DNA from: an uncultured virus (IMG/VR IMGVR_UViG_3300032087_004917) | Taxonomy: Duplodnaviria > Heunggongvirae > Uroviricota > Caudoviricetes | Length of the DNA stretch: 64,000 nt | Virus record (IMG/VR): IMGVR_UViG_3300032087_004917 | Reading direction: 5' to 3' (one strand) | Shown here: one piece after another, positions 14,875 through 24,105 of the stretch | How positions within the stretch are numbered: the stretch's first letter is position 1 | Layout of the letters: each line of letters opens with the position of its first letter | The notes under the pieces: model-generated | What the model saw: the letters and a program-made list of their open reading frames with translations, nothing else | Database searches by the model: none | What the model was told of the DNA's origin: nothing | Translations under genes and position numbers: made by a program

Positions 14875-15642
14875 TCAAAAGGTAAATCTCAAACCGGCAC
14901 GAATACCTTCGTCCCGATCATCATACTCAACCAGAGCAGAAACGCCCTCTTGGAATTCACACACGCCGCCAACGGCGAACGTCGTTTCATCAAGGTGGTC
15001 ATACTCGACCCGACCGTAGCCGGTGAAAGTATCATCCACGGTGAAGATAGCACCTTGAGCAACGGCAGTCCAATCGCCGTTGTCATCAGTGTAAGAGATG
15101 AAACCATCATCACCGGAAAGATCGACTGTCCAAACGTCCAGTTCTTCTCCGATGAAGCCGAAGCCCAAGGCTCCGAGTTCAACACGACCACCGTAAGTCA
15201 CGGTGTCACCAAAAACATCATCTCCAACGATGTCAAAAGAGAAGGAAGCGTCACCGACGTTTCCTCCGAACGAAACGCCGTCAACGACAACGCCGTTCAA
15301 CCCGAACACGCTGGAGTTGGTCAAACCAATTCCATAGGTGTATTCGGACATTGCGAGTTCAGCACTAAAGTTTCGCTGGAATCGACCAACGGTGACATCA
15401 AGACCACCGAGGTCTGCACCAACGTATGCTTCCCAAAGAGTGGTGTCGCTAAGATTGTCGTTGGTTTCAAAAGCGAAGCCGTAGACAGCACCTTTGGATT
15501 CGCCGTATGCACCAAGCACCAGACGAGTATCCAAAGTTTCGACACCATCGAGGGAGGTCACTACAGTTTGACCTACGCCGCTAAACTCGATGTCTCCTGC
15601 TGCGGCAATGGCAGAAAGACACAATACGCTTGCGGAAAACAT
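14875..15642 (-). CDS. outer-membrane beta-barrel porin
   Basis: Start ATG15642 after GGAGG; signal peptide; alternating amphipathic strands; C-terminal AGLRFTF beta-signal. Confidence 0.8.
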   Translation of the reverse strand: MFSASVLCLSAIAAAGDIEFSGVGQTVVTSLDGVETLDTRLVLGAYGESKGAVYGFAFETNDNLSDTTLWEAYVGADLGGLDVTVGRFQRNFSAELAMSEYTYGIGLTNSSVFGLNGVVVDGVSFGGNVGDASFSFDIVGDDVFGDTVTYGGRVELGALGFGFIGEELDVWTVDLSGDDGFISYTDDNGDWTAVAQGAIFTVDDTFTGYGRVEYDHLDETTFAVGGVCEFQEGVSALVEYDDRDEGIRAGLRFTF

Positions 15643-15643
15643 T

Positions 15644-15838
15644 TTAGCCTCCGACTCCTGCTGCAAGATCAAAGAGCGAACGAATCGCATCGGCGACCCA
15701 AAGCACGCCGTCCCAAGCAAAGGGGACAAGAGCCAAAGTTACGAGAGCAGATCGGGTAATCCCGACGCGGCACAGTGCCTTGCTCACAAAATCGCAGCCA
15801 CCGGAAACGGGGCATTCGTTAGGGGTTTTAGTAGCCAT
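15644..15838 (-). CDS. 64-aa membrane peptide upstream of the porin
   Basis: AAGGAG SD; Cys-containing N-terminus and hydrophobic C-terminal half. Confidence 0.7.
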   Translation of the reverse strand: MATKTPNECPVSGGCDFVSKALCRVGITRSALVTLALVPFAWDGVLWVADAIRSLFDLAAGVGG

Positions 15839-15862
15839 ATAATTTCTCCTTATGTTGGCTTA

Positions 15863-17806
15863 TTACGAAGTCAGATCCACGACTTCGCAACTGTCACCCG
15901 TACACGCAAAAGTTTGTGTGCCGGATGTCTGGTCTTCAACTTCAAAGTTTGCAAGTTCAGACCAGTCGATTTCATTTGGCAGTTTGGAAACCATTTCCTC
16001 GTACTCCTCCTTCGTACAATCCTGATATGGAGCCTGCCTATATGTGTGATCACTAAATGGTAGGAATGAGATTCCTGAAATACTATCTAGGTGATTCCAA
16101 ACCCAAGCACCGACACCAACCCATTCTTCTTCTTTTACAGAGATGGTGACCGATGGCTTGTGTTCACACCAATGGTACTGATATTTCAACCACAAGTCAA
16201 GTTGTTCTTCCGCAGAAAGATCCATTCTAAAAACTGAATTTTCAGGAGCCTTAATTGGAAAAGAAAAAACAGTGACATTATCTGGCTTCATCACGCAAGG
16301 TTCGTATGGAAAACCTTTACTTTTCATAAAAGAACACAGCGGATCTTTATTGTCCGCTCTGACGGTTCGAATATAATACGGGTTATGTCGGGCGTGGATG
16401 CCGGAAGCAGCGTCAACGAGTTGTGAGACTGTTCCAGAGGGCTTCACACAGGTGGTTGCCACAGATTGCTCGACACCGATGTTTTTTGCAAATTTTCTAT
16501 TTACTTCAACGACTTCTTGTCGTAAATCATAAAGTAAAGTTTCAAGTCCTGCTTCCTTGCCGTTGGTAAGTTCGCAGTCCATGATGCCGGTCATCGAAAC
16601 ACCCAGCAATCTTTCATCTTCACAATTTTTCTTCCAAGAAGATGACAAATATCTAAAATCTGTCAGGGTGGATTGCCAAGTTCCAAGAATCGTTGCCAGT
16701 CGTGCCTTACGCATGAGTGACTCACGGGTATCATCGGCTCGCACAACCATCTCGGTAAGGTTGCAGAATTCACAATCACGCAAAACAATTTCAGAGCATG
16801 GATTGGTTCCGAAGTTATGTTCGGTTTCCCTTTGCCGGTCTTCCTTGCCTCTGTGCTGCATGTTACGCTCGATACCCTTTCGGGCTGCGACTCGGTTGAA
16901 GATGCCTCGCTCGCCGCTCTTGGACTTGTAGAGAGCCAGCCACTCCTCCATGAATTGTCCGGGTTCCACGGGTCCGTCATAGACTGCCGAGTTGTTTGCC
17001 AAAGCACGCTGCGGATTGGTCACCCACCACTGCCCGGACTTGGCATCACGCATTCTGTCATCTTGCAAAGACGAAAGCGAAATCAACGCCGAACGACGAA
17101 CACCACCAACCACGACGATTTCTGCAATCTTGCAAACGATGTCGTGACACTCTGCCGTGGTCAGTCTACGACCTGCTGCCTTTTTGAAAGTTTCAATTGT
17201 AAACTCAAAAAGATCAACAAGAGGTTCAGGACCGGACGCACGACCACCGAAAGTTTTGAGTCTTTCTCCGGCTGCACGAACCTTACTCACATCCCAAGTG
17301 GGGACTTGACCGCCAGCCAAAAGTGAAACGAGTTCTTTGTAAGCCTTTGCCCAACCAATCTTGGAGTCCGCAACAACGATGGTTGTTTCGGTGGGATGGA
17401 AGTCCTCTGCAATCATTGGAAGTTGGTCAACCTCTCGACGCTCGACAGAGAAACCAACACCAGTGCCACACATCAGAACATAAAGAATCTCGTCGAAGGC
17501 ACGCAGACGATTCACCGCAACGAACGAGCAGTTGTATCCTGCAACATTGTCACGCTTCAACGCTTCACCTGCGGTCATCAATGCACGCATCGATGGCATA
17601 ATCTCAAGATTCAACACCGCTTCTTCAAGTTCTTTACGATCACTTTTTGAAACTCGATATCCGTGCTTTTCTTTTAGATGATCTTCAAAAAAATCAAAGT
17701 AACGGCGTACAGTTTCCTCCCATGTTTCGCGTCGGTTCTCTTCTGGGAGCCAGCGTGAATAACGGGAGAGGTGAATGAAGTCTTGATACAGTGTTGGTAG
17801 GCTCAT
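15863..17806 (-). CDS. nrdJ: class II (adenosylcobalamin-dependent) ribonucleotide reductase
   Basis: SRYSRW, PSMRALM, YNCSF, GGVRRSALI, GTNPCSEI, TCVKPSGT, C-terminal CTGDSC; no beta subunit gene. Confidence 0.93.
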   Translation of the reverse strand: MSLPTLYQDFIHLSRYSRWLPEENRRETWEETVRRYFDFFEDHLKEKHGYRVSKSDRKELEEAVLNLEIMPSMRALMTAGEALKRDNVAGYNCSFVAVNRLRAFDEILYVLMCGTGVGFSVERREVDQLPMIAEDFHPTETTIVVADSKIGWAKAYKELVSLLAGGQVPTWDVSKVRAAGERLKTFGGRASGPEPLVDLFEFTIETFKKAAGRRLTTAECHDIVCKIAEIVVVGGVRRSALISLSSLQDDRMRDAKSGQWWVTNPQRALANNSAVYDGPVEPGQFMEEWLALYKSKSGERGIFNRVAARKGIERNMQHRGKEDRQRETEHNFGTNPCSEIVLRDCEFCNLTEMVVRADDTRESLMRKARLATILGTWQSTLTDFRYLSSSWKKNCEDERLLGVSMTGIMDCELTNGKEAGLETLLYDLRQEVVEVNRKFAKNIGVEQSVATTCVKPSGTVSQLVDAASGIHARHNPYYIRTVRADNKDPLCSFMKSKGFPYEPCVMKPDNVTVFSFPIKAPENSVFRMDLSAEEQLDLWLKYQYHWCEHKPSVTISVKEEEWVGVGAWVWNHLDSISGISFLPFSDHTYRQAPYQDCTKEEYEEMVSKLPNEIDWSELANFEVEDQTSGTQTFACTGDSCEVVDLTS

Positions 17807-18543
17807 GCAGTTTCCTCTCTAGGGCAAAGATATTTCCAACTCACCGGGAACAACGGCTGGACGATTTCGCCAATCGCCTTTGCATATTGTCTCACTTCCC
17901 ATTGAGCGTGTTCATCTAGACGGAGATTGCATACTCTTGCGAACGCCGCAAGTGATCCCGTCCAATACCACTCTGTGAACATCGCTTGCGGAAGTGCGAA
18001 GCGTGCTTGTTCTGGAGCGATGCCATTATCTATAAGATCTCTATACAAGTCAAAAGAATATCTGCAAAGATTTTGCATTTGTTCGTTATAAAATGTAACT
18101 CTTTCATAATCTTTCATAAAATCTTCGCTACCCTGTTTCGCTCCGCCGACTGGTTGTGTTCTCCAGTGCGGAATGTAAAAGGTTGGATCATCTTTCACAT
18201 AACGACGAGACACTTCATTTTCAGTAAGTCCAACTTTGTGCTTGAACAACTGTGTGCGAATGGACACGGGAGCCTTGACACGAAGAGTAATCTGTGGGTG
18301 AGAGAATGGAGTCCAGTGTTTGTGTTTGGCAAGATACCGAATCAACTTCTCATCTTTTTCTTCAAGTTTGTTGATCATGTCTGGAGTGAAATGACACTCC
18401 GTTTCTTTCAAACGTTTTTCCGCCTCAACATCGATTGTCCATTTTGACTCCTTGTTGAACGACACTCTTGCAGAGTTCACCACCGTCAAGTCAGTTCCCA
18501 TGTAATCGATCAGATCGACTTTACCTTCACCTAATACATTCAT
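17803..18543 (-). CDS. thyX: flavin-dependent thymidylate synthase
   Basis: VNSARVSF, HWTPF, KHK..NEVSRRY, EQARFALP, HAQWE. Confidence 0.95.
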   Translation of the reverse strand: MNVLGEGKVDLIDYMGTDLTVVNSARVSFNKESKWTIDVEAEKRLKETECHFTPDMINKLEEKDEKLIRYLAKHKHWTPFSHPQITLRVKAPVSIRTQLFKHKVGLTENEVSRRYVKDDPTFYIPHWRTQPVGGAKQGSEDFMKDYERVTFYNEQMQNLCRYSFDLYRDLIDNGIAPEQARFALPQAMFTEWYWTGSLAAFARVCNLRLDEHAQWEVRQYAKAIGEIVQPLFPVSWKYLCPREETA

Positions 18544-18602
18544 TTATTTCTTACTCCACATTTTCCTAAACACAAGATCCACCACAAAACTCTTTTGATC
18601 AT
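18540..18602 (-). CDS. 20-aa mini-ORF (MIKRVLWWILCLGKCGVRNK)
   Basis: Read by hand; ATGA overlaps at both ends exactly fill the intergenic gap. Confidence 0.5.
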   Translation of the reverse strand: MIKRVLWWILCLGKCGVRNK

Positions 18603-18982
18603 CGGATCAAACCTTCTTTCCAAAACTCATCCGCGAGTTCGTACTGTTTGTCCTCGGCTTCCCTTTCCCCGTCATCCTCCCACTCACCACGCTCCCACTG
18701 CCAAACGTGAACAAGTTCGTGCATCAGTGTTGCGACGAAATCACGAAGGTATTGGTCGGTGGCGATACTGATAACATAAAAGTTTTCATCCTGCTTGTAT
18801 GATTCACCCCAACAGTTTAACATTTTGTAATCAGTCAGATCAATCTTGATTGTCTTGTCAGAATTTTGCATATGGTATTTGTCCAAAAACCAATCCGTTG
18901 CAACCTCAACAACTTGACGATGAAGAATGGAGTGGTCAACATTGTAGATTCCATGTTCAATGTTTGTTTTCATATGCCCCAT
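18599..18982 (-). CDS. SprT-like HExxH metalloprotease
   Basis: TLMHELVHVWQ ... EREA. Confidence 0.75.
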   Translation of the reverse strand: MGHMKTNIEHGIYNVDHSILHRQVVEVATDWFLDKYHMQNSDKTIKIDLTDYKMLNCWGESYKQDENFYVISIATDQYLRDFVATLMHELVHVWQWERGEWEDDGEREAEDKQYELADEFWKEGLIR

Positions 18983-20004
18983 CTTTCAGATGTCCTTTCC
19001 CATTGACTCATTGCCGCTTGTGCAAGAATACCAGTATAAGTGTGATCGTCAATGTATTCAACAATATTATCACTAGTATTTCCAGATAAAATCATTTCAT
19101 TGATGTCTTTATGTTCAAGACGATCTGGAATAAAAACTGTTTGCCCGTCATCAATCAGACCACGAAGCATGTTAACAATTTCAACACTACGAGGCTCATT
19201 GTCCATGACAAACACCACATTTGAATTGGACAAATTTTCAGGCAGTCGAACAGACTTAGACGCACCCACCATCGCAATCGCATTTGGAAGGAACATTGAA
19301 TCAAACGGACCCTCTGTTACATAAATTGTTTTATTCACATCCACTTTGTGAAGATTGTAAAAAAGTCTTTCGTGACCGTCCGCTTTGATCGTAATGTAAC
19401 GCAAGCCGTTTTTTGAAAGCGATCTACCCTGCACACCGATGATGTTTCCACTTTCGTCGTGAAAAGGTATTACAATTCTAGGCTCTTTTTCAAGATGAAT
19501 TTTTTTGTTGATCTGTTTTGCCACAGATCCAAAGTCATCCGTGTAGAAAAGTTCATCCATCTTTTCTTGTGGCAACATTCTACTTTCTAAATACGCTCTT
19601 GCATGATGACACTTATCCAACGACGTAATTTTACACACACCAGTAAGTGCCTCTGACTTCATACTAACTTTTTGTAGTTTCTCGTTAACGCCAGTCGATG
19701 TGATGCCGGAAACATTTGAGTTTCCATTTTTTTCTTTCAACCACTCAACTCTAAATTCAGAGTGAAGTGCGGGACTGACTTGCTCAAGAAGTCTTGACAG
19801 GGACATTGCCGCACCACAGTTGTGGCACTTATAATAATAGCGACCAGATCTTTCGTAGAAAAACCCACGCTTTTTATTTGGATTCTTCTTTGAGTCACCA
19901 CACAAGGGACATCTACAGTTAGCGAGTGTTGCTCTCTGCCAGCCAAACTTGTCTAATTGTGGTGAAAGAAGATTTATAAATTTTTTATCAAGATAGACGG
20001 TCAT
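18970..20004 (-). CDS. gp61: DNA primase (T4 gp61)
   Basis: CRCPLCGDS..KCHNCG zinc finger; RIVIPF, QGR, TEGPFDS, DNEPR, KDIN. Confidence 0.95.
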   Translation of the reverse strand: MTVYLDKKFINLLSPQLDKFGWQRATLANCRCPLCGDSKKNPNKKRGFFYERSGRYYYKCHNCGAAMSLSRLLEQVSPALHSEFRVEWLKEKNGNSNVSGITSTGVNEKLQKVSMKSEALTGVCKITSLDKCHHARAYLESRMLPQEKMDELFYTDDFGSVAKQINKKIHLEKEPRIVIPFHDESGNIIGVQGRSLSKNGLRYITIKADGHERLFYNLHKVDVNKTIYVTEGPFDSMFLPNAIAMVGASKSVRLPENLSNSNVVFVMDNEPRSVEIVNMLRGLIDDGQTVFIPDRLEHKDINEMILSGNTSDNIVEYIDDHTYTGILAQAAMSQWERTSERWGI

Positions 20005-20176
20005 TTCGTGACTTCTTCACGCTCTCACGAAGAACCTTTCGGCTACCAGAACGCTTCCAGTCATCCGCCCATTTACGCCACTCTTCCAACTCTTCACGAT
20101 CCATGCCGCGAAGGTGATTGCGAGAGTCTTTGAATGGGTCATACTTACGATAATTTTTTCTTTCAGACATCTTCAA
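19988..20176 (-). CDS. hypothetical protein
   Basis: Fills the gap between helicase and primase. Confidence 0.55.
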   Translation of the reverse strand: MKMSERKNYRKYDPFKDSRNHLRGMDREELEEWRKWADDWKRSGSRKVLRESVKKSRNDRLS

Positions 20177-21587
20177 ACCTCAGTTCGTTAAACTTTTTCC
20201 TAGAACCACGAAACTTTTCATCGAAGTTCTTTCCATCATAACCAGCAGAGTCTACCACGACATCTGCCTCTTGTCCAGCATTTTGTAGATTGATATCAGA
20301 GTTACTAACATCAAACAACTTCATCTTTCCTCTATTTATTCCAACGACAAACTTTCGATTTGTCGCAACATCGTTATATCGATTTTTCAATTGTTTTACC
20401 ATAATTTTGCCTTGCTCTTCCAACTCTTCGGTGGAGATAAGACCAAACATCAGGTCGGCTGTCGCAGGCAAACCGAAAGATTCAGAAGTGTCCTCCAACC
20501 CGAAGTCATTGGATGCAAAGCCTGTTCGGTTCGTCTGTGTGGCTGTGAAGATTGGAACATCCCACTCCACGGCAAGCCCACGAAGTTCTTCTGCAATCGA
20601 CTTGATATACATGTATGAGTTCGTGTTGGCTCCAGCCTTGAATCTAGCCGATGAACAAATGTTCAAATAATCAATAAAGATTACATCGGGCTTAAAATTT
20701 TTCTTAAGTTTCAACTCCTCTAGCAAGTGTCGAAAATGATTAACATTCGCAGTCGCGGTTGGATATTCTTTTACCACCATTGTGGATTTGATATCTTTTG
20801 TGATTCTACCTAATTTTTTATCATAACTTACTTTTGGCAAGTGGCGAAGATCATCCATTGTGATGTCCATAAGGTTTGCATCAATTCTTTCTGCGATTCT
20901 TTCCTCTGCCATTTCACATGTGATGTAAAGCACGTTCAGATTGGAAGCATAGCAAGATGCTGCATGGTGACACATGAACAACGACTTACCAACACCCGTG
21001 CCTGCAAGAATCACATTCAGAGTTTTGTTTGGAACTCCACCGTTTGTGATTTGATTAAACAAGTCAAGATCAAACGGAGTTTTGTGTTCTACTTTATGAT
21101 AGAAGTCATACCGCTCATCAGAATCAACAATGTAGTCGTGTCCAATTTGTTCATCAAAGGACACAGCCAAAGCGTCAGACAAAATATTTGGAATGGCATT
21201 TTTTGTTTCATTCTTTGACTTGCCATCAATGATTTCAATGGAGCGAATAATCGCATTGTAAACTGCTTTGTCTTTGCAAAATTTTTCGGTTTGATCATAT
21301 AGCCAATCTTTATCAATATCGGCTGATGGCTCTGTGATAGTCTTGATAATAATTGTGCAATCTTTGTAGCCTTGCTCACTAAGACCACCACGATTTTCAA
21401 GTGCAATGCTAAGTGAGTCTCTGTTTGGTGGTCTATTATATTTGTGGATGTGATCACGAATCAAAGTAAAGATTACTCGTTCGTTTCTATCCTTAAAATA
21501 TTCTTCGTCGAGAAAAGGAACAACCCTACGAGTATAATCGTCAGTCTGTACCAAGTTCCTCAGAATGATTGTCTCTATCGTTTCCAT
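20163..21587 (-). CDS. gp41: replicative helicase (T4 gp41)
   Basis: AGTGVGKS, EMAEERIAERIDAN, IDYLNIC, TATQTNR, SESFGLPATAD, QLKNRY. Confidence 0.96.
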   Translation of the reverse strand: METIETIILRNLVQTDDYTRRVVPFLDEEYFKDRNERVIFTLIRDHIHKYNRPPNRDSLSIALENRGGLSEQGYKDCTIIIKTITEPSADIDKDWLYDQTEKFCKDKAVYNAIIRSIEIIDGKSKNETKNAIPNILSDALAVSFDEQIGHDYIVDSDERYDFYHKVEHKTPFDLDLFNQITNGGVPNKTLNVILAGTGVGKSLFMCHHAASCYASNLNVLYITCEMAEERIAERIDANLMDITMDDLRHLPKVSYDKKLGRITKDIKSTMVVKEYPTATANVNHFRHLLEELKLKKNFKPDVIFIDYLNICSSARFKAGANTNSYMYIKSIAEELRGLAVEWDVPIFTATQTNRTGFASNDFGLEDTSESFGLPATADLMFGLISTEELEEQGKIMVKQLKNRYNDVATNRKFVVGINRGKMKLFDVSNSDINLQNAGQEADVVVDSAGYDGKNFDEKFRGSRKKFNELRFEDV

Positions 21588-21849
21588 CGTCAATACCTTC
21601 ACTCAAATGATTGTCCAACAAGTCAACAAGAACATCACCCGCAACTCGTTTGAAATCTTTTTCGTCTTTGATTAAATTAATGCCATTAAACACATAGTAG
21701 TTGAATGATAACTTTAATTGTTCATTTTCAATTTCGTTAAAATCAACTTCTCCGTACTTAAACACAACTCCTTTATACACTCCCTCGTCGATTCTGCAAG
21801 CGTATTCTCCAGATTCTTTTCCTTCTACGAATGTATACTTAGGAGTCAT
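21541..21849 (-). CDS. conserved hypothetical protein between uvsX and gp41
   Basis: Start ATG21849 (MTPKY); GVYKGVVFKYGEV module in the expected synteny position. Confidence 0.65.
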   Translation of the reverse strand: MTPKYTFVEGKESGEYACRIDEGVYKGVVFKYGEVDFNEIENEQLKLSFNYYVFNGINLIKDEKDFKRVAGDVLVDLLDNHLSEGIDDGNDRDNHSEELGTD

Positions 21850-22894
21850 CTTCGGCGATTCCGATTTCTGGCTCATCATCTTCAACAGCCGAACCATACT
21901 TAAATTCTTTGGCAACCGCCACTTCAAGTTGTTGCATGATTTCATCAGTAAAGAAATCTTCGGGCTTGTCGTTGATGTTCTTTTCAAACACTTTGCGACC
22001 ATCGGGAAGTTCAATGCGAGTCGAGACTTTCTTGAACACGCCATGCTTCACTGCAATCTCTGTCAAACCATAATAAGGTGAAAGACCAGACTCATAGTTC
22101 AACAAAGTTTCTGCCATAGAGTTTTCTTTGGTAACCCGTGACTTCTGCAACTTGCACTTGATGATGTTACCGACCACATCCGTTCCGTCCTTGACTTTCT
22201 TCTTAGACAGGAACACGATTGTGCCTGCGTTGTATTTCAGACCAGAGCCACCGGACATTTCTTTCATCGGCACATAAGACCCGACAACATCGTAGGTGTG
22301 GTTTGTAATCAGCAGCGGAATGCCAGCCGATCCACACTTGACGGTAAGCGTTCGGAAAGTTGCCTTCAACGCTTGTGCTTTGGTCATGTCACGAACATTC
22401 TTACCACTCGCAGTGTCTTCCATTTCTTTGATGGTGGACAGGTTGCCGAGTGAATCAAGAATCACAAGAATAGGCTTCTTGTCTTTTTCTGCACGATAGG
22501 TATCGGCAACTTGAATCATCTGATGCCTAAACTCCTCGATAGTTGAAACGGGGAAGACTGCAACACGGGCAGCATCGATACCACGCTCTTCAAACATTTG
22601 TGAGGTGATCGCTTGCTCTGAATCAAAGTAAAGCACGACACCCTCTGGGTTGTCATCAAGAAAAGTTTTCAGAATGTTGAAACAGAAGAAAGTTTTACCA
22701 GTCGCCTGTTCACCAGCCAGTGCCGTAATCTTGTTGTTCGGAATCCCGCCATACAAAGATCCAGACAGCAGTGCGTTCAGTGTGTATGAACCCGTACTGA
22801 TGAATCCTTTGATATCAGAAACCAAACCACTGTCAACAGAAGTAGCGTCTTCATTACCAGATACCTCAACCAAATTGTTCAAAAAGTTATTCAT
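21839..22894 (-). CDS. uvsX: UvsX RecA-like recombinase
   Basis: TGSYTLNALLSGS, GEQATGKT, FDSE, DSLGNL, RDMTKA, MSGGSG. Confidence 0.95.
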   Translation of the reverse strand: MNNFLNNLVEVSGNEDATSVDSGLVSDIKGFISTGSYTLNALLSGSLYGGIPNNKITALAGEQATGKTFFCFNILKTFLDDNPEGVVLYFDSEQAITSQMFEERGIDAARVAVFPVSTIEEFRHQMIQVADTYRAEKDKKPILVILDSLGNLSTIKEMEDTASGKNVRDMTKAQALKATFRTLTVKCGSAGIPLLITNHTYDVVGSYVPMKEMSGGSGLKYNAGTIVFLSKKKVKDGTDVVGNIIKCKLQKSRVTKENSMAETLLNYESGLSPYYGLTEIAVKHGVFKKVSTRIELPDGRKVFEKNINDKPEDFFTDEIMQQLEVAVAKEFKYGSAVEDDEPEIGIAEDDS

Positions 22895-23073
22895 TAATCA
22901 TTGCTCCATTTCTCAATCAACTCGTCAATATCTTTCAGTTTTGTGATCACTTCACTATGATCATCCGTCGAGGCGGATTTTGTTTTCAAAACTAGTTTTT
23001 CAATACGCTCTGTATCATAGCGAAGACACTTCAATGCTTCAAGAATAAGTTCGGAAGTTTTCCGTTGTTCCAT
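22894..23073 (-). CDS. hypothetical protein
   Basis: Start ATG23073; TAATG coupling to uvsX. Confidence 0.55.
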   Translation of the reverse strand: MEQRKTSELILEALKCLRYDTERIEKLVLKTKSASTDDHSEVITKLKDIDELIEKWSND

Positions 23074-23642
23074 GACTTGTTTTCCTTTTCTTTTTTTGCT
23101 GCCTTGACATAATGACAATTTTCTCTCGGTGTCACATATGCCAAGTTGCTTATATGATTGTTTGTTGGGTTATCGTCCAAGTGATCAATAATAACCATTT
23201 CATTAATAATTTGTTTTGCTTCCTCTGGTGTATTATCCCACACTTCTTTTTCCAAAACTGGATACTGATCATGGGGTTTGAACGAATTCATCACCAACTT
23301 ATGAACCGTTGACGTAATTTTAATTCTATTGCAAGTCCCTCTGCTGTAATCATAATCTTCAAACAAATCTTTATCAATAGCAAAGTCAACTTTCAAACAT
23401 TGGATGTCAACAAATCCTCCTGATTTAATATAATCGTATGGGAAAGGAAAATTATTTTGTATACCTTTAAGACCCATTGGCAATGCCGGAAAAGGTCTTC
23501 TATTAAGAAGTTTTCCACTCGGTCCCTTGACTCGTCCCCACGAAGAAACAAAGTAATTTGGAATCACTTTGTATCTGAAAATCACAGGAGTCCATTGCTC
23601 AACGTCCGTGTAATCAGGATTTTTTATATGTGACATTTCCAT
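23031..23642 (-). CDS. HNH homing endonuclease (NUMOD4/HNH_3 type)
   Basis: YFVSSWGRVK; VHKLVMNSF; IDHLDDNPTNNHISNL..VTPREN. Confidence 0.85.
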   Translation of the reverse strand: MEMSHIKNPDYTDVEQWTPVIFRYKVIPNYFVSSWGRVKGPSGKLLNRRPFPALPMGLKGIQNNFPFPYDYIKSGGFVDIQCLKVDFAIDKDLFEDYDYSRGTCNRIKITSTVHKLVMNSFKPHDQYPVLEKEVWDNTPEEAKQIINEMVIIDHLDDNPTNNHISNLAYVTPRENCHYVKAAKKEKENKSWNNGKLPNLFLKH

Positions 23643-24105
23643 GACGATTTTCCTCTAGTTCTCTCCACTCACGAACCATATTTCTATATGTTTTGTTAGT
23701 TCGTGCTGCGTCATACACACGCTTAAAAATGCGTGCCGACTCTGCTTTGTCACAAGTGAAGTGATCCTCTGCTTGTGGTTTGATTCTTCCTCTGTTGTCA
23801 TATTTTTTACCATCGCGGTGATTGGCATAGCGTCTTGCTCGCGTCCATCCCATCATCAAGAATTTGCGAGCCATGTCCGCACCAACAAAGTCCCCCACGC
23901 GAAGATATTCATCAAACATAGAATATATTTTAGTCGCGGAGTTGAAAGCCACTTCTGGAGTCCTGAATCTCCAGTGTTTACAGATTTCAGATTTGTATGG
24001 TTCAACTAACAATACTCCTTGCTCTCCCCGACCGATGATATACAACTCGGGGTTCTTGCGATAATCAATGTTATCAAAATCTAATGTGTAATCAAATTCA
24101 ATCAA
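23614..24105 (-). CDS. DUF4385 family protein
   Basis: YIIGRGEQGVLLVEPYKSEI..DFVGADMARKFL.MG.TRARRYANH; likely TTG start overlapping the polymerase stop. Confidence 0.8.
   Translation of the reverse strand: MIEFDYTLDFDNIDYRKNPELYIIGRGEQGVLLVEPYKSEICKHWRFRTPEVAFNSATKIYSMFDEYLRVGDFVGADMARKFLMMGWTRARRYANHRDGKKYDNRGRIKPQAEDHFTCDKAESARIFKRVYDAARTNKTYRNMVREWRELEENRHGNVTYKKS

Noticed and set aside
14779..15759. 326-aa plus-strand ORF opposite the porin
   Set aside because: Antisense shadow of a biased-codon gene; it runs through the terminator hairpin and has no recognisable motifs
21850..22044. N-terminal extension of the 167-aa ORF overlapping uvsX
   Set aside because: The conserved-looking part starts at ATG21849; the extension is an alternative frame of uvsX
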